From: an uncultured Eubacteriales bacterium
GTDB lineage: Bacteria > Bacillota > Clostridia > Lachnospirales > CAG-274
Length of the DNA stretch: 33,214 nucleotides
Direction of reading: 5' to 3'
NCBI GenBank assembly: GCA_902497185.1
Contig: CABVEG010000001.1
Coordinates: forward strand, 1-33,214
This document shows positions 25,701 through 33,205 of this stretch, in pieces. The notes under the pieces were generated by a model. The model was not told where the DNA came from. It made no database searches and saw only the letters and a program-made list of their open reading frames with translations. A program made the translations under genes and the position numbers. Position 1 is the first letter of the stretch; each line of letters opens with the position of its first letter.

Positions 25701-28455
25701 TAATTCTTGATGCATCATTTGCATCGTTATCACCTAAAGAATACTTAACAATAAATGTATCACCTGTATGTGGCAATAAAACATCACCGTCAGTTGACCA
25801 ATATGGATCAGTTGAAAATACAGGAGTGCCTGACTCTGTATAATATGTAGGATCCCAGCCTAAATAAGCTGTCTTTGCATTAGTATAAAGGTCTTTAGCA
25901 GCAGCTTCCTCCATAACACCGGTTACTCTGCCTGTTGTGTCAACAGGAGTACCGTCAGCAAGAATAGTATTATATTCCTTATATTTTGCCGCTGTTGGAG
26001 CAACACCGCTCATTGATGTCCATCCCTCAGCAGAAATTGCATCTGCATTTTCAACTACAGTATTAATAAAGGCAATATCCGCACCTGCATCCCAAGGTCT
26101 GCCAAAGTAGCCTGATGCGTGTTTCATACCGTCCTTATTGGATATTGTACAATCTCTGAAAATGTAACCAACATAATCAGTCTTGTTGTTAGAACGACCT
26201 GCTGTAATATAGCCGCCCATACCTGTGTCACTGTAACCGCAGAAACGAAGTTCACAACCATCAAATACGGCATTACCTGAACCAAAGATATAATCTGTGT
26301 TACCTTCAATTTTACAATTCTTGTAATATGTATGAGTACTGTCACCCATATAAAGTGTATCCTGTGAACCAATCATAGTACAGTTCTTAAATTCTGACCT
26401 GTCAGCCTCAACAATAAGTGCAGTACTTCTCTCGGTAGCTGCCTTACTTGTAACGTCTAAGGCATATGTTCTTGCAGGAAGAATACCTGTTTCTTCCACA
26501 CCGTCAGCAATTTCTTCATCTGTAATATATTTATTAAATGAAGCCTCAAATGTAATATTTTCAGCCTTAAAGCCTGTAGCAGTATTCTTAACGTAAGTAC
26601 CTACACCCCACTTAGCAGCCTCTACTTCCTTAGAATACTTATCAAATGCATTTTCAACATTATAATAGCCTGTTTCATCAACAGAATAATATCTGTAACC
26701 TATACCATAGTACCATGTAAGCTTAACCTCACCATTACCCTCAGGCTTAAGAGTAATATAAGGAGTTGTAATAATTAACTGCTCTCTGTAAGTTCCCGGA
26801 GCAATGTGAATAGTAACTCTGTCAGCCTCTGATTGAGGATTCATAACCTTAGCAGCCTCTAAGGCTTCGCTCATTGTTGCAAAGTTATTAACCTGACCCT
26901 CACAGCCAACATAAATATCCTTTACGCTTGTATCAACTGTTGGAGGAGTAACTGTTACGGGAACAAATAAAATATCCTTAGATACGTTTTTGTTTTCAAC
27001 TACAACGTGACCTGAAGTAGTATAACCCTCAGCAACAGCCTTAACTTCATAAGAACCTGCTCTTAATATAACAGTGTATGTATTATCCTTTATGCTGCCT
27101 GCATAAGAATAACCATCATCTACATTAACAAATGCAATTTCAGCAACATTAGCACCGCCAACAATATTACCGGTTACAGTGTAGGTAGACTTCATTGCAA
27201 CAGTAACGTCCTGAGTAATGTCCTTAGAATCATTAAATGTGCCGCCTGCTGTTATTTCATAATCATTTACACCTGAAATATTGGCAGTATACTCAACATC
27301 AGGCTCTAAAGTAGCCTCAAATGACAAGTCAGCACCAACAGTTGCAGTAACAGTATCAGCCATTGATTCTGCATCAGGAACTAAAGTTAAAACAAGTTTA
27401 GATGTGTCATAGCCTTCTTCAAAACCTGTAATCTTACCTGTTGCCTTATAAACAGACTTAATTTCAATATCAAATGCAACAGCCTTGCTGCCTGCTAATA
27501 AATCGTCTGTTGTAACAGTGAATTTCTTAGTTTTGTTAGTAAAGCCATATCCTGTAATACCTCTTGCAGAGGCAGTATATGTATAGCCCGGAGTTACATA
27601 AGAAACAACACCGCCTGTAGCTGTTTCAATTACATCACCTGTAGTATCATTAGTTATTGCAACGTCACAGCCCTCAATATTAAATTCATTGGAATTTAAT
27701 GAAAGTGTCAATTCAACAGATGGAGTCTTTACAATTCTGTTTACTATAGGCTTGCCGCCTGCAGCACTAAACCAAAGTTTGAAAGAGCCGCTTTCCTTGG
27801 CAATAAATCTAACGATGTCACACTCGCCTGCCAATACAACCTCATCAGCCTGAGTGCCGTTTACTGCCGTAAACTCAACCATATCATCACTTGAGTTTGA
27901 ACAGCCTGTGTAAACCTTAATTTCTGTACCTTCAACAACGTTGTCAAGCTGGAAGTATCTTCTTGCATCACCGCCTGTACCGTTTGCATACCACATACCG
28001 TTTGCAGTATAGCCATCTGAATAAGCAGTTACAGCCTTGCCATTTTCGCCATAACTTCTCAAGCCATTTTTGCCGTCATAAAATAAACGATCGCCTGAAT
28101 TTGTAACAAGAGTTAAATCTCCGCCTAAATCAAAGGTACCACCGCTTATAAACTTACCTTTACTGCCGCTGGCAGCATCACCGACAGCATCAAAGTTATC
28201 AAGAAAACTACGGTTAATTCTGTTAGTGTAAAGATTAGTATCACTTTCTTCCACACCACCAAAATCCCATATGTCAACTTTACCGCCTGCTGCCGCACCT
28301 GAAGAAACCAAATCAATACTTCCTCCCGATACAACACCGTCGGTATCAAGTAAACCGGAGCCTGCATTTGCCACAATTAAATTAGTCATCATTGCTGAAA
28401 CTAACATAACAAAGGACAAAATTCTGCTCACAGTTCTTTTAGAGCTTTTGTTCAT
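22732..28455 (-). CDS. cell-surface multidomain pectin esterase: CBM-like, 3x Ig-like, CE8 pectin methylesterase, SGNH/CE12-like acetylesterase, cohesin-like, CBM-like, Thr/Glu linker, Cu-amine-oxidase-N1-like anchor
   Basis: Start ATG 28455 with GGAGGAAAGG RBS, then a signal peptide. CE8 motifs QDTLY (26350-26364), DYIFG (26281-26295), GRPW (26092-26103). SGNH motifs FLAGDSTV (25441-25464), GGRSARTF, GHND (25195-25206). Cohesin-like FTFNPDLLTPVSVAEGDI...GRLFTVTYDVKGD. C-terminal MVPLRFVAIAI...MFVPFRVIGEALDATVDWD. Confidence 0.85.
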   Translation of the reverse strand: MNKSSKRTVSRILSFVMLVSAMMTNLIVANAGSGLLDTDGVVSGGSIDLVSSGAAAGGKVDIWDFGGVEESDTNLYTNRINRSFLDNFDAVGDAASGSKGKFISGGTFDLGGDLTLVTNSGDRLFYDGKNGLRSYGENGKAVTAYSDGYTANGMWYANGTGGDARRYFQLDNVVEGTEIKVYTGCSNSSDDMVEFTAVNGTQADEVVLAGECDIVRFIAKESGSFKLWFSAAGGKPIVNRIVKTPSVELTLSLNSNEFNIEGCDVAITNDTTGDVIETATGGVVSYVTPGYTYTASARGITGYGFTNKTKKFTVTTDDLLAGSKAVAFDIEIKSVYKATGKITGFEEGYDTSKLVLTLVPDAESMADTVTATVGADLSFEATLEPDVEYTANISGVNDYEITAGGTFNDSKDITQDVTVAMKSTYTVTGNIVGGANVAEIAFVNVDDGYSYAGSIKDNTYTVILRAGSYEVKAVAEGYTTSGHVVVENKNVSKDILFVPVTVTPPTVDTSVKDIYVGCEGQVNNFATMSEALEAAKVMNPQSEADRVTIHIAPGTYREQLIITTPYITLKPEGNGEVKLTWYYGIGYRYYSVDETGYYNVENAFDKYSKEVEAAKWGVGTYVKNTATGFKAENITFEASFNKYITDEEIADGVEETGILPARTYALDVTSKAATERSTALIVEADRSEFKNCTMIGSQDTLYMGDSTHTYYKNCKIEGNTDYIFGSGNAVFDGCELRFCGYSDTGMGGYITAGRSNNKTDYVGYIFRDCTISNKDGMKHASGYFGRPWDAGADIAFINTVVENADAISAEGWTSMSGVAPTAAKYKEYNTILADGTPVDTTGRVTGVMEEAAAKDLYTNAKTAYLGWDPTYYTESGTPVFSTDPYWSTDGDVLLPHTGDTFIVKYSLGDNDANDASRITYALIAADGTETVIKNTTAQANTGVKLTADMIGSKLKATVTPYVVGGLSGEAKSTVTEKEISLGSGTIDTDRPSGKAVIFLAGDSTVKDYSAGAINNSGANLNEGSWGEFLGYFVDNSKYEVMDYAQGGRSARTFMNGTKADGSDKYLDMIKEKMVKGDYLFIQFGHNDSSASYADRYVPVGTPDASGKFPYTPQSDTTDSGTGSFCWYLQQYVDAAKAVGATPVLVTPVSRMYFESDGTIRSHHGDNDEYVTATKQVAEDNNILCIDLYSWTKAMYEDAYKTDSAAGNIVSGDYPSPTAARLFSAGEKTHHSKLGGFAIAADMAEMIQNSSLGFANAITAPKSMYIADAKGNTEFIVNNSGVFTGYGKNAEGDFDTSIPCEYWNTYINGALAKLADTPVDNETTTETTTEAVVSDYIGIEPVVVSNEGGKLVVDYNVVNGTGKGFNNYMMFFTFNPDLLTPVSVAEGDIAIDIIDASGAQVKANAANAANIENQFANVPASGNKDFPNADGVKTQSELGKIKVSYCIFDKDFSQAPNSSLPAFTDSGRLFTVTYDVKGDLSGSSLATINSVIEAVSSNSEIVYTPNEIRNYTYTFDGEAPTETTTEAAPSGLDQFLTDTVKWDIKSVTAGTDLGNGLTALIDLNITTDLANVFNTADGNAYEYSKAASADNCIAAADNGDAISFKAPSNGTFSIAFKISSNKNGNVFGEAFDAQTSSTYYYREYPVTAGQTYTAGVTGSKIRIFYMGFTPSGTIETTEATTEAATSASTEATTTAPEESTEATTSAPTEGTTSAPVTEAPVETSTRRVSTSGGGAGASYIRVEGYTAKTTAEAATEETTKTASDDGDNKVELPFIKVVVDSKDIVVEDSTYTMDVAPYIQPSSNSTMVPLRFVAIAIAGGDVEKADSSDIVVWDSVAKTATIKAGNITAVFTAGSNVVVINGVEAPMNYGVVAEIKDSRMFVPFRVIGEALDATVDWDADEKAAYYNK

Positions 28456-28476
28456 AACCTTTCCTCCTTTACTTTT

Positions 28477-28532
28477 GTGGAAATATTCCACATATATGAT
28501 TAAATTATAGCTTATTTTATGTATAAAATCAA
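28477..28532 (-). promoter_or_regulatory. putative promoter plus palindromic operator upstream of the giant esterase gene
   Basis: Minus strand: TTGATT (28527-28532), 17 nt, TATAAT (28504-28509). A 6+3+6 palindrome GTGGAA-TAT-TTCCAC (28477-28491) sits between the -10 box and the RBS. Confidence 0.4.
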
Positions 28533-28713
28533 CAAGTTAAAATCTTTATAAAAAAAATTAGCAAGTTACACAAAATATTTTTATTTTTTTGTGAAAAACT
28601 ATTATAAAAAATCAAGTAAATCAGCCACTAGTGCACGGGCACGGTAAATTAAATAACCCTGACACTATGTCAAGGTTTTAATCAACTAAATTATATTTAT
28701 ATCAGTCAAACCA

Positions 28714-28749
28714 TAAAAAAAGGAACGGCTTAAATCCGTTCCCTTTTTA
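28714..28749. terminator. bidirectional rho-independent terminator after hpf
   Basis: GGAACGG (28722-28728) / CCGTTCC (28736-28742), with an A-run before and a T-run after. Confidence 0.7.
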
Positions 28750-28777
28750 AAGAAAAAAACATGAAAAGATTTTTTAT

Positions 28778-29323
28778 TTAAATTTCCGGTTCAATAAGAC
28801 CATAAGCTCCATCCTTACGCTTATAAACAACATTAATTTCATCAGTTTCAGCATTTCTGAAAACAAAGAAATTATGTCCCATCATATCCATCTCCATGCA
28901 AGCCTCTTCTGCATCCATAGGCTTAACAAAAAATCTCTTTGACTTAACGATGTTAATGCCATCCTCATCACTATACTCATCATCAGCAAGGGCAATGGCA
29001 TTAAGCTCATCAGCAAAGGCAGGAACTTTCTTAGCTCTGTCATGAAGCTTATTCTTATACTTAACCATCTGTCTTTCAAGAATATCAACAGCCTCATCCA
29101 CTGCTGCCATAAAGTCATCACTTAAAACTTCTGCCTTAATAATTCTCTTATTTGGGAGATTAATTGTGACATCAATTTTCTTATCAAGCTTAACTTCAGT
29201 CAAAACCACATTAGCCTCAGACTCTGAAGGAAAGAGCTTGGCTATTCTGTCAAGTTTAGCAGCAATCTTATTACTGAAATTGTCAGTTACCTCAAAATTC
29301 TTACCAATAAATGAATAACGCAT
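28778..29323 (-). CDS. hpf: ribosome hibernation-promoting factor (long HPF)
   Basis: 181 aa. N-terminal RaiA/HPF fold (FEVTDNFSNKIAAKLDRIAKLF, KIDVTINL) plus the C-terminal dimerisation domain (KPMDAEEACMEMDMMGHNFFVFRNAETDEINVVYKRKDGAYGLIEP). Confidence 0.9.
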   Translation of the reverse strand: MRYSFIGKNFEVTDNFSNKIAAKLDRIAKLFPSESEANVVLTEVKLDKKIDVTINLPNKRIIKAEVLSDDFMAAVDEAVDILERQMVKYKNKLHDRAKKVPAFADELNAIALADDEYSDEDGINIVKSKRFFVKPMDAEEACMEMDMMGHNFFVFRNAETDEINVVYKRKDGAYGLIEPEI

Positions 29324-29521
29324 AACATCAACTCCTTTGTAATAAAAGGAAGAATTTAATTCTTCTTATTATTAATATTCTCCATAACTTTTAAAAATCC
29401 TTTATTTAATTAAAAATTTTTTTAAATTATGAAATTAAAAATTTTTACGAAAATTTTTCACAAAAATTAAAAAACCTCTTGTTATGCCACTTGTGGGAAT
29501 TTTTTTGATATGTTGATTTTT

Positions 29522-29675
29522 TGTGGATAACCATATATTATAAACTTATATTTGTTGAAAAACTCATTTATATTTTTGTGGATAAGTGGGAAAACTTTGT
29601 TAATAACCTATTTAAGCCTCTTTTATAAGTGCAAAACTTATAAATTTATTAACATAGTTATCCAAGTTATCCACA
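29522..29675. promoter_or_regulatory. cluster of three perfect DnaA boxes
   Basis: TGTGGATAA at 29522-29530 and 29577-29585. TTATCCACA at 29667-29675, directly preceded by the degenerate box TTATCCAAG (29658-29666). Confidence 0.7.
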
Positions 29676-29751
29676 ACTTAATTTTATTTGGTCACATTAC
29701 AATATTTTACAGTATTTTTACTTTTTTGTTAAATTTGTACAAAGTCATCGA

Positions 29752-29786
29752 CAAAAAAATACACCGTGAAAAACCTCCACGGTGTA
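29752..29786 (-). terminator. rho-independent terminator of the chrA pair
   Basis: ACACCGTG (29761-29768) / CACGGTGT (29778-29785). On the minus strand a T-run follows (A-run 29753-29759 on plus). Confidence 0.7.
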
Positions 29787-29790
29787 AAAA

Positions 29791-30357
29791 TTAAAATTTA
29801 AATATTATTCCTGCTGCTGCTGCTACAGCTATATAAAAAATGGGATGCTTGTTAAATTTAACAAAAGCAATATAAAGTAATACAGCAAATATTATTGATT
29901 TAAATTTAAATAAATCCATAAATATTCCACTTTGCTGAAAAAGAGAAAAGTCGAAAAGTGCCTCTTTCATTACCAAAAAGCCTGCTGCTGCAATAAGTCC
30001 CATTGACGCAGGTCTTATACCCGAGAAAACTTTTTCTACAATAGGGCTGTTTTTAAACTTATTAAATATGGAGGCAACAATTATAATTATAATAATTGAA
30101 GGTGCTATTAATCCCAAGGTAGAACATATACCGCCTAAAATTCCTGCTGTTGAAAAACCTGCATAGGTAGACATATTTACACCCATAGGTCCAGGAGTGG
30201 ATTCTGAAATTGCAACCATATCCATTAAATCGTGTATTGAATACCATTCAGGATACTTATATGACAGCTTTTGAAGAAAGGGCAGTGTTGCAAGTCCGCC
30301 GCCTATAGCAAAAAGACCTACCTTAAAAAATTCGTATATTAAAGTAAAGTATATCAT
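29791..30357 (-). CDS. chrA: chromate transporter family protein (C-terminal half-type subunit)
   Basis: 188 aa, polytopic. CHR-family motif FKVGLFAIGGGLATLPFL...ISESTPGPMGVN. 4-nt overlap with its upstream partner. Confidence 0.85.
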   Translation of the reverse strand: MIYFTLIYEFFKVGLFAIGGGLATLPFLQKLSYKYPEWYSIHDLMDMVAISESTPGPMGVNMSTYAGFSTAGILGGICSTLGLIAPSIIIIIIVASIFNKFKNSPIVEKVFSGIRPASMGLIAAAGFLVMKEALFDFSLFQQSGIFMDLFKFKSIIFAVLLYIAFVKFNKHPIFYIAVAAAAGIIFKF

Positions 30358-30911
30358 TTTTTACTGCCTCCTTTGATTTTTTCCACAACTGTTCCGTAAA
30401 TATAGCCAAATATACCTGCACCGACCACAACTATTATAGGGCTGATATTAAAAACAGCAGAAAGAATAAACACCAATAAAAACAGCAGTACTCCTATTTT
30501 GTTTGTAACAGCACTTTTCCACAGCTTAACCGTAGCACTTATAATAAGAACACATACACATATTCTTATACCACTGAAAGCATAATTTACAACAGGAAGG
30601 TCAGTTATATATTCCAGTATTGTTGCAAGTATTGTAATAATAATAATTGAAGGTGTTACAAAGCCAAGAGTTGCAAAAATAGCTCCCGGAATACCTTTAA
30701 GTTTATGACCGATAAAAGTTGACGTATTGACGGCTATAACTCCCGGTGTACACTGTCCTATGGCATAGTAGTCAATAAGCTCCTCCTTTGTACACCAACC
30801 TCTATTTGTGACAAGCTCCCTTTCAAGTATAGGAAGCATTGCATAACCGCCGCCAAAGCATACACTGCCCATTTTTGCAAAAAGCAGATAAAGAGTTATT
30901 AATTCCTTCAT
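30354..30911 (-). CDS. chrA: chromate transporter family protein (N-terminal half-type subunit)
   Basis: 185 aa. CHR-family motif FAKMGSVCFGGGYAMLPIL...GQCTPGVIAVN. This is the split short-chain CHR pair arrangement. Confidence 0.85.
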   Translation of the reverse strand: MKELITLYLLFAKMGSVCFGGGYAMLPILERELVTNRGWCTKEELIDYYAIGQCTPGVIAVNTSTFIGHKLKGIPGAIFATLGFVTPSIIIITILATILEYITDLPVVNYAFSGIRICVCVLIISATVKLWKSAVTNKIGVLLFLLVFILSAVFNISPIIVVVGAGIFGYIYGTVVEKIKGGSKK

Positions 30912-30949
30912 ATATTTTCTCCTTTGCTAATATCAGATAGACAGTCATA

Positions 30950-30978
30950 ATTATAACACCGGTGTAAATTTGTGTCAA
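30950..30978 (-). promoter_or_regulatory. consensus sigma-A promoter for the chrA pair
   Basis: Minus strand: TTGACA (30973-30978), 17 nt, TATAAT (30950-30955). Confidence 0.55.
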
Positions 30979-31015
30979 GAATTGATAATTTAACCTTAAT
31001 ATTAGGTCTTACTAT

Positions 31016-31264
31016 TTAAATATCATCAATTATATTGTAAAAATGACAGGGACAGACCCTATTATTAATTATGATATTGTATGTCTTATTTACCAATATA
31101 CGGTCATAAATATTTATTGTTTCACAATAATCAATTATTTTATTATTCTTTTTTAATATTCCTATTATGTTATAGTTAAATTCGTCTTTAACTAGGGCTA
31201 TGGAAAGGTTAAATTCATCAAAATTTAAACGGTTAAACTTATTTATTTTTTTCACATTAATCAT
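31016..31264 (-). CDS. hypothetical small protein in a very AT-rich (probably phage-derived) DNA segment
   Basis: 82-aa Asn/Ile/Lys-rich ORF with a weak AAAGGA RBS. No motif recognised. Confidence 0.35.
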   Translation of the reverse strand: MINVKKINKFNRLNFDEFNLSIALVKDEFNYNIIGILKKNNKIIDYCETINIYDRILVNKTYNIIINNRVCPCHFYNIIDDI

Positions 31265-31320
31265 CCTTTAGAGAAAATTATATCAAAATGTATTATTTAT
31301 TTCAATTAAAAAATTTCGAC

Positions 31321-31374
31321 AAAATACTAGATATAGTAGTATATTTTGCATTATGCTACTATATCTAGTATTTT
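31321..31374. repeat. 19-bp perfect inverted repeat (strong hairpin or operator)
   Basis: AAAATACTAGATATAGTAG (31321-31339), 16-nt loop, CTACTATATCTAGTATTTT (31356-31374), then TTTGTG. Confidence 0.85.
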
Positions 31375-31473
31375 TTGTGTTTCAAAAAATTACAAAAAAT
31401 TTTTTTTACAAATGTCACACTTTGTCACTTTTACAGTGATATGCTTTTTTTGAGCAGAAAAGAGGTGAAAAAA

Positions 31474-31821
31474 ATGTTTGATTTTCAGTTTCCTTATTCT
31501 CAAATGCCAAAAATAAATGCCATTATAAAAAAAGGCAGCAAAAGCATTATGAGAAATGAGGATTTTATACTTAAAGAAATCAGTGAATTTAAAAGCTCAA
31601 AAATAAGATTTGATATGCTTAGAGGTTATTACTACTTTGAGGGCAAACAGGACATACTGAAAAGAAAAAGGCTTTGTATTGGCGAAAACGGTGATGTTAA
31701 TGAAGTAAACAACATTCCAAACAACAGAATTGTAGATAATCAATACAAAAAACTTGTAACTCAAAAGGTAAACTACATACTGGTAATTGCTGCAATAGAA
31801 TCAAAAAGGAGTGATTTTTAA
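31474..31821 (+). pseudogene. 5' fragment of an SPP1/Gp6-type phage portal gene
   Basis: ATG 31474 with GAGGTG RBS. Residues LRGYYYFEGKQDILKRKR...NNIPNNRIVDNQYKKLVTQKVNYIL match the conserved portal N-terminus (YYxGxxxIlxR...pNNkl.n.y...v..kv.Y). Only about 115 aa are present, against about 450-500 aa for intact portals; similarity stops 11 codons before the stop. Confidence 0.6.
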
Positions 31822-33069
31822 ATGAACAATATCATTAAGCATAAAATAACTGATGTTATAGGCGGCGGTTATGATGATTTTTGGAAATTTAAAGGCAGAT
31901 ACAGAGTTTGCAAAGGTTCAAGAGCCAGTAAAAAAAGCAAAACAACTGCTCTAAACTTTATTGTAAGGCTTATAGCTTATCCCGAGGCAAATATGCTTGT
32001 AGTAAGAAAGGTTTACAATACATTAAAGGACAGCTGTTACACAGAGCTTTGCTGGGCAATTAAAAGACTTAATCTTGAAAATTATTTTTTATGTAAAACA
32101 AGTCCTCTTGAAATTACATATACGGTGACAGGACAAAAAATATATTTCAGAGGACTTGACGACCCTATTAAAATTACATCAATTACTGTTGATACAGGCT
32201 GTCTTTGTTGGATGTGGCTTGAAGAAGCCTATGAAATAGATGATGAAAACGATTTTAATATGCTTGATGAAAGTATAAGGGGACGTGTTCCTGACGGACT
32301 TTTTAAACAAATTACAATTACACTTAATCCTTGGAATGAAAGACATTGGATCAAGAAAAGATTTTTTGATGTTAAAGACGATGATATACTTGCCAAAACT
32401 ACCAATTATCTTTGCAATGAATGGCTTGACAGCTCCGATAAAAAGGTTTTTGAAACAATGAAAATAACCAATCCCAGACGTTATCAGGTTGCAGGACTTG
32501 GAAACTGGGGTATTACAGAAGGACTTGTATATGAAAATTGGAGAGAATCTGAATTTGATATAAATGAAATTATAAGAAAATACAATATTAAAGCGGTTTT
32601 TGGTCTTGACTTTGGATACACCAATGATGAAACAGCTCTTTTCTGTGGTCTTTGTGACACACAAAATAAAAAGCTTTATGTATTTGATGAAATATATAAA
32701 AAGAAAATGAGCAATGAGGATATTTATAATGAAATAGTTAAAAAGGGCTATAAAAAAGAAAGAATCAGAGCTGACTGCTCTGAACCTAAAAGTATAGACA
32801 GGCTCAGAACTCTTGGTTTAAGCAATATAAGAGGCTGTAGAAAGGGTAAGGACAGTATAAATAACGGCATTGACTTTATACAGGGATATGAAATAATAAT
32901 TCTGCCTAAATGCAAGGGGTTTCTTATGGAAATAAGTAATTATAACTGGGAAATTGACAGCAGCGGAAAAAGAACCAATATACCCTGCGATAAATTTAAT
33001 CACCTTATGGATGCTATGAGATATGGTATGGAGGAGATAATTAAAGGAGATAGTTTTAGCTTTGAATAA
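31822..33069 (+). CDS. phage terminase large subunit, PBSX/XtmB-type
   Basis: 415 aa. N-terminal ATPase (CKGSRASKKSKTTA Walker A-like, WMWLEEA Walker B-like) and a C-terminal RNase-H-like nuclease (GLDFGYTNDETA ... DAMRY). Appears intact. Confidence 0.85.
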   Translation: MNNIIKHKITDVIGGGYDDFWKFKGRYRVCKGSRASKKSKTTALNFIVRLIAYPEANMLVVRKVYNTLKDSCYTELCWAIKRLNLENYFLCKTSPLEITYTVTGQKIYFRGLDDPIKITSITVDTGCLCWMWLEEAYEIDDENDFNMLDESIRGRVPDGLFKQITITLNPWNERHWIKKRFFDVKDDDILAKTTNYLCNEWLDSSDKKVFETMKITNPRRYQVAGLGNWGITEGLVYENWRESEFDINEIIRKYNIKAVFGLDFGYTNDETALFCGLCDTQNKKLYVFDEIYKKKMSNEDIYNEIVKKGYKKERIRADCSEPKSIDRLRTLGLSNIRGCRKGKDSINNGIDFIQGYEIIILPKCKGFLMEISNYNWEIDSSGKRTNIPCDKFNHLMDAMRYGMEEIIKGDSFSFE

Positions 33070-33072
33070 AGT

Positions 33073-33115
33073 AAATTAATGTTTATTTCACCAAAGGTGA
33101 AATAAACATTAATTT
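33073..33115. repeat. 43-nt AT-rich hairpin repeat, copy 2 (inverted relative to copy 1)
   Basis: 20-bp stem AAATTAATGTTTATTTCACC / GGTGAAATAAACATTAATTT. Matches the reverse complement of 8561-8603 at 42 of 43 positions. Starts 3 nt after the terminase stop. Confidence 0.85.
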
Positions 33116-33127
33116 TAATTCAAAGTT

Positions 33128-33205
33128 ATTTTGCCATGCTTGTGTAGCAAACAGTTGCGGCTTTTTCTCTAAAATAAAGGCAACTGTTTGCTACAATGGC
33201 AAAAT
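33128..33205. repeat. 78-nt nested palindrome (26 bp of pairing)
   Basis: Outer stem ATTTTGCCAT (33128-33137) / ATGGCAAAAT (33196-33205). Inner perfect 16-bp stem TGTAGCAAACAGTTGC (33143-33158) / GCAACTGTTTGCTACA (33180-33195). 21-nt loop. Confidence 0.8.

Noticed and set aside
22732-28491. Upstream-extended starts given by the ORF track (28491 for the giant esterase, 21549 for the lipoprotein, 31375 for the portal fragment), and nested same-strand or antisense ORFs (for example 26124-26372, 28146-28376, 23723-23923, 14911-15351, 3775-4110, 6181-6591, 32179-32664)
   Set aside because: Internal ATGs at 28455, 21576 and 31474 have strong, correctly spaced RBSs and begin the signal peptides or conserved regions. 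The nested and antisense ORFs lie wholly within well-supported genes, lack RBSs, and show low-complexity composition typical of shadow ORFs.
29380-29680. Calling the DnaA-box cluster the chromosomal oriC outright
   Set aside because: No dnaA/dnaN/rpmH genes are in the window, and gene orientation does not switch here (minus-strand genes on both sides). Only reported as an origin-like or DnaA-binding cluster needing whole-genome skew and coverage data.
29324-29790. raiA-motif RNA upstream of hpf, and the track ORF 29552-29794 (plus)
   Set aside because: The hpf upstream region is extremely AT-rich, with only one small hairpin (29349-29365) and no extended GC-supported structure like the raiA motif. 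The 80-aa ORF has no RBS, has Phe/Ile/Leu/Lys-biased AT-driven composition, and spans the DnaA boxes, so it is judged spurious.
8561-33115. The idea that the two inverted 43-nt hairpins are terminal inverted repeats of a 24.5-kb mobile element
   Set aside because: The interval contains housekeeping genes (pyrK, pyrD, hpf, tRNA-Asp) with native-looking promoters and terminators. It has no transposase, integrase or conjugation genes apart from the decayed phage packaging genes. The repeat is itself a palindrome, typical of dispersed REP or terminator-like elements.
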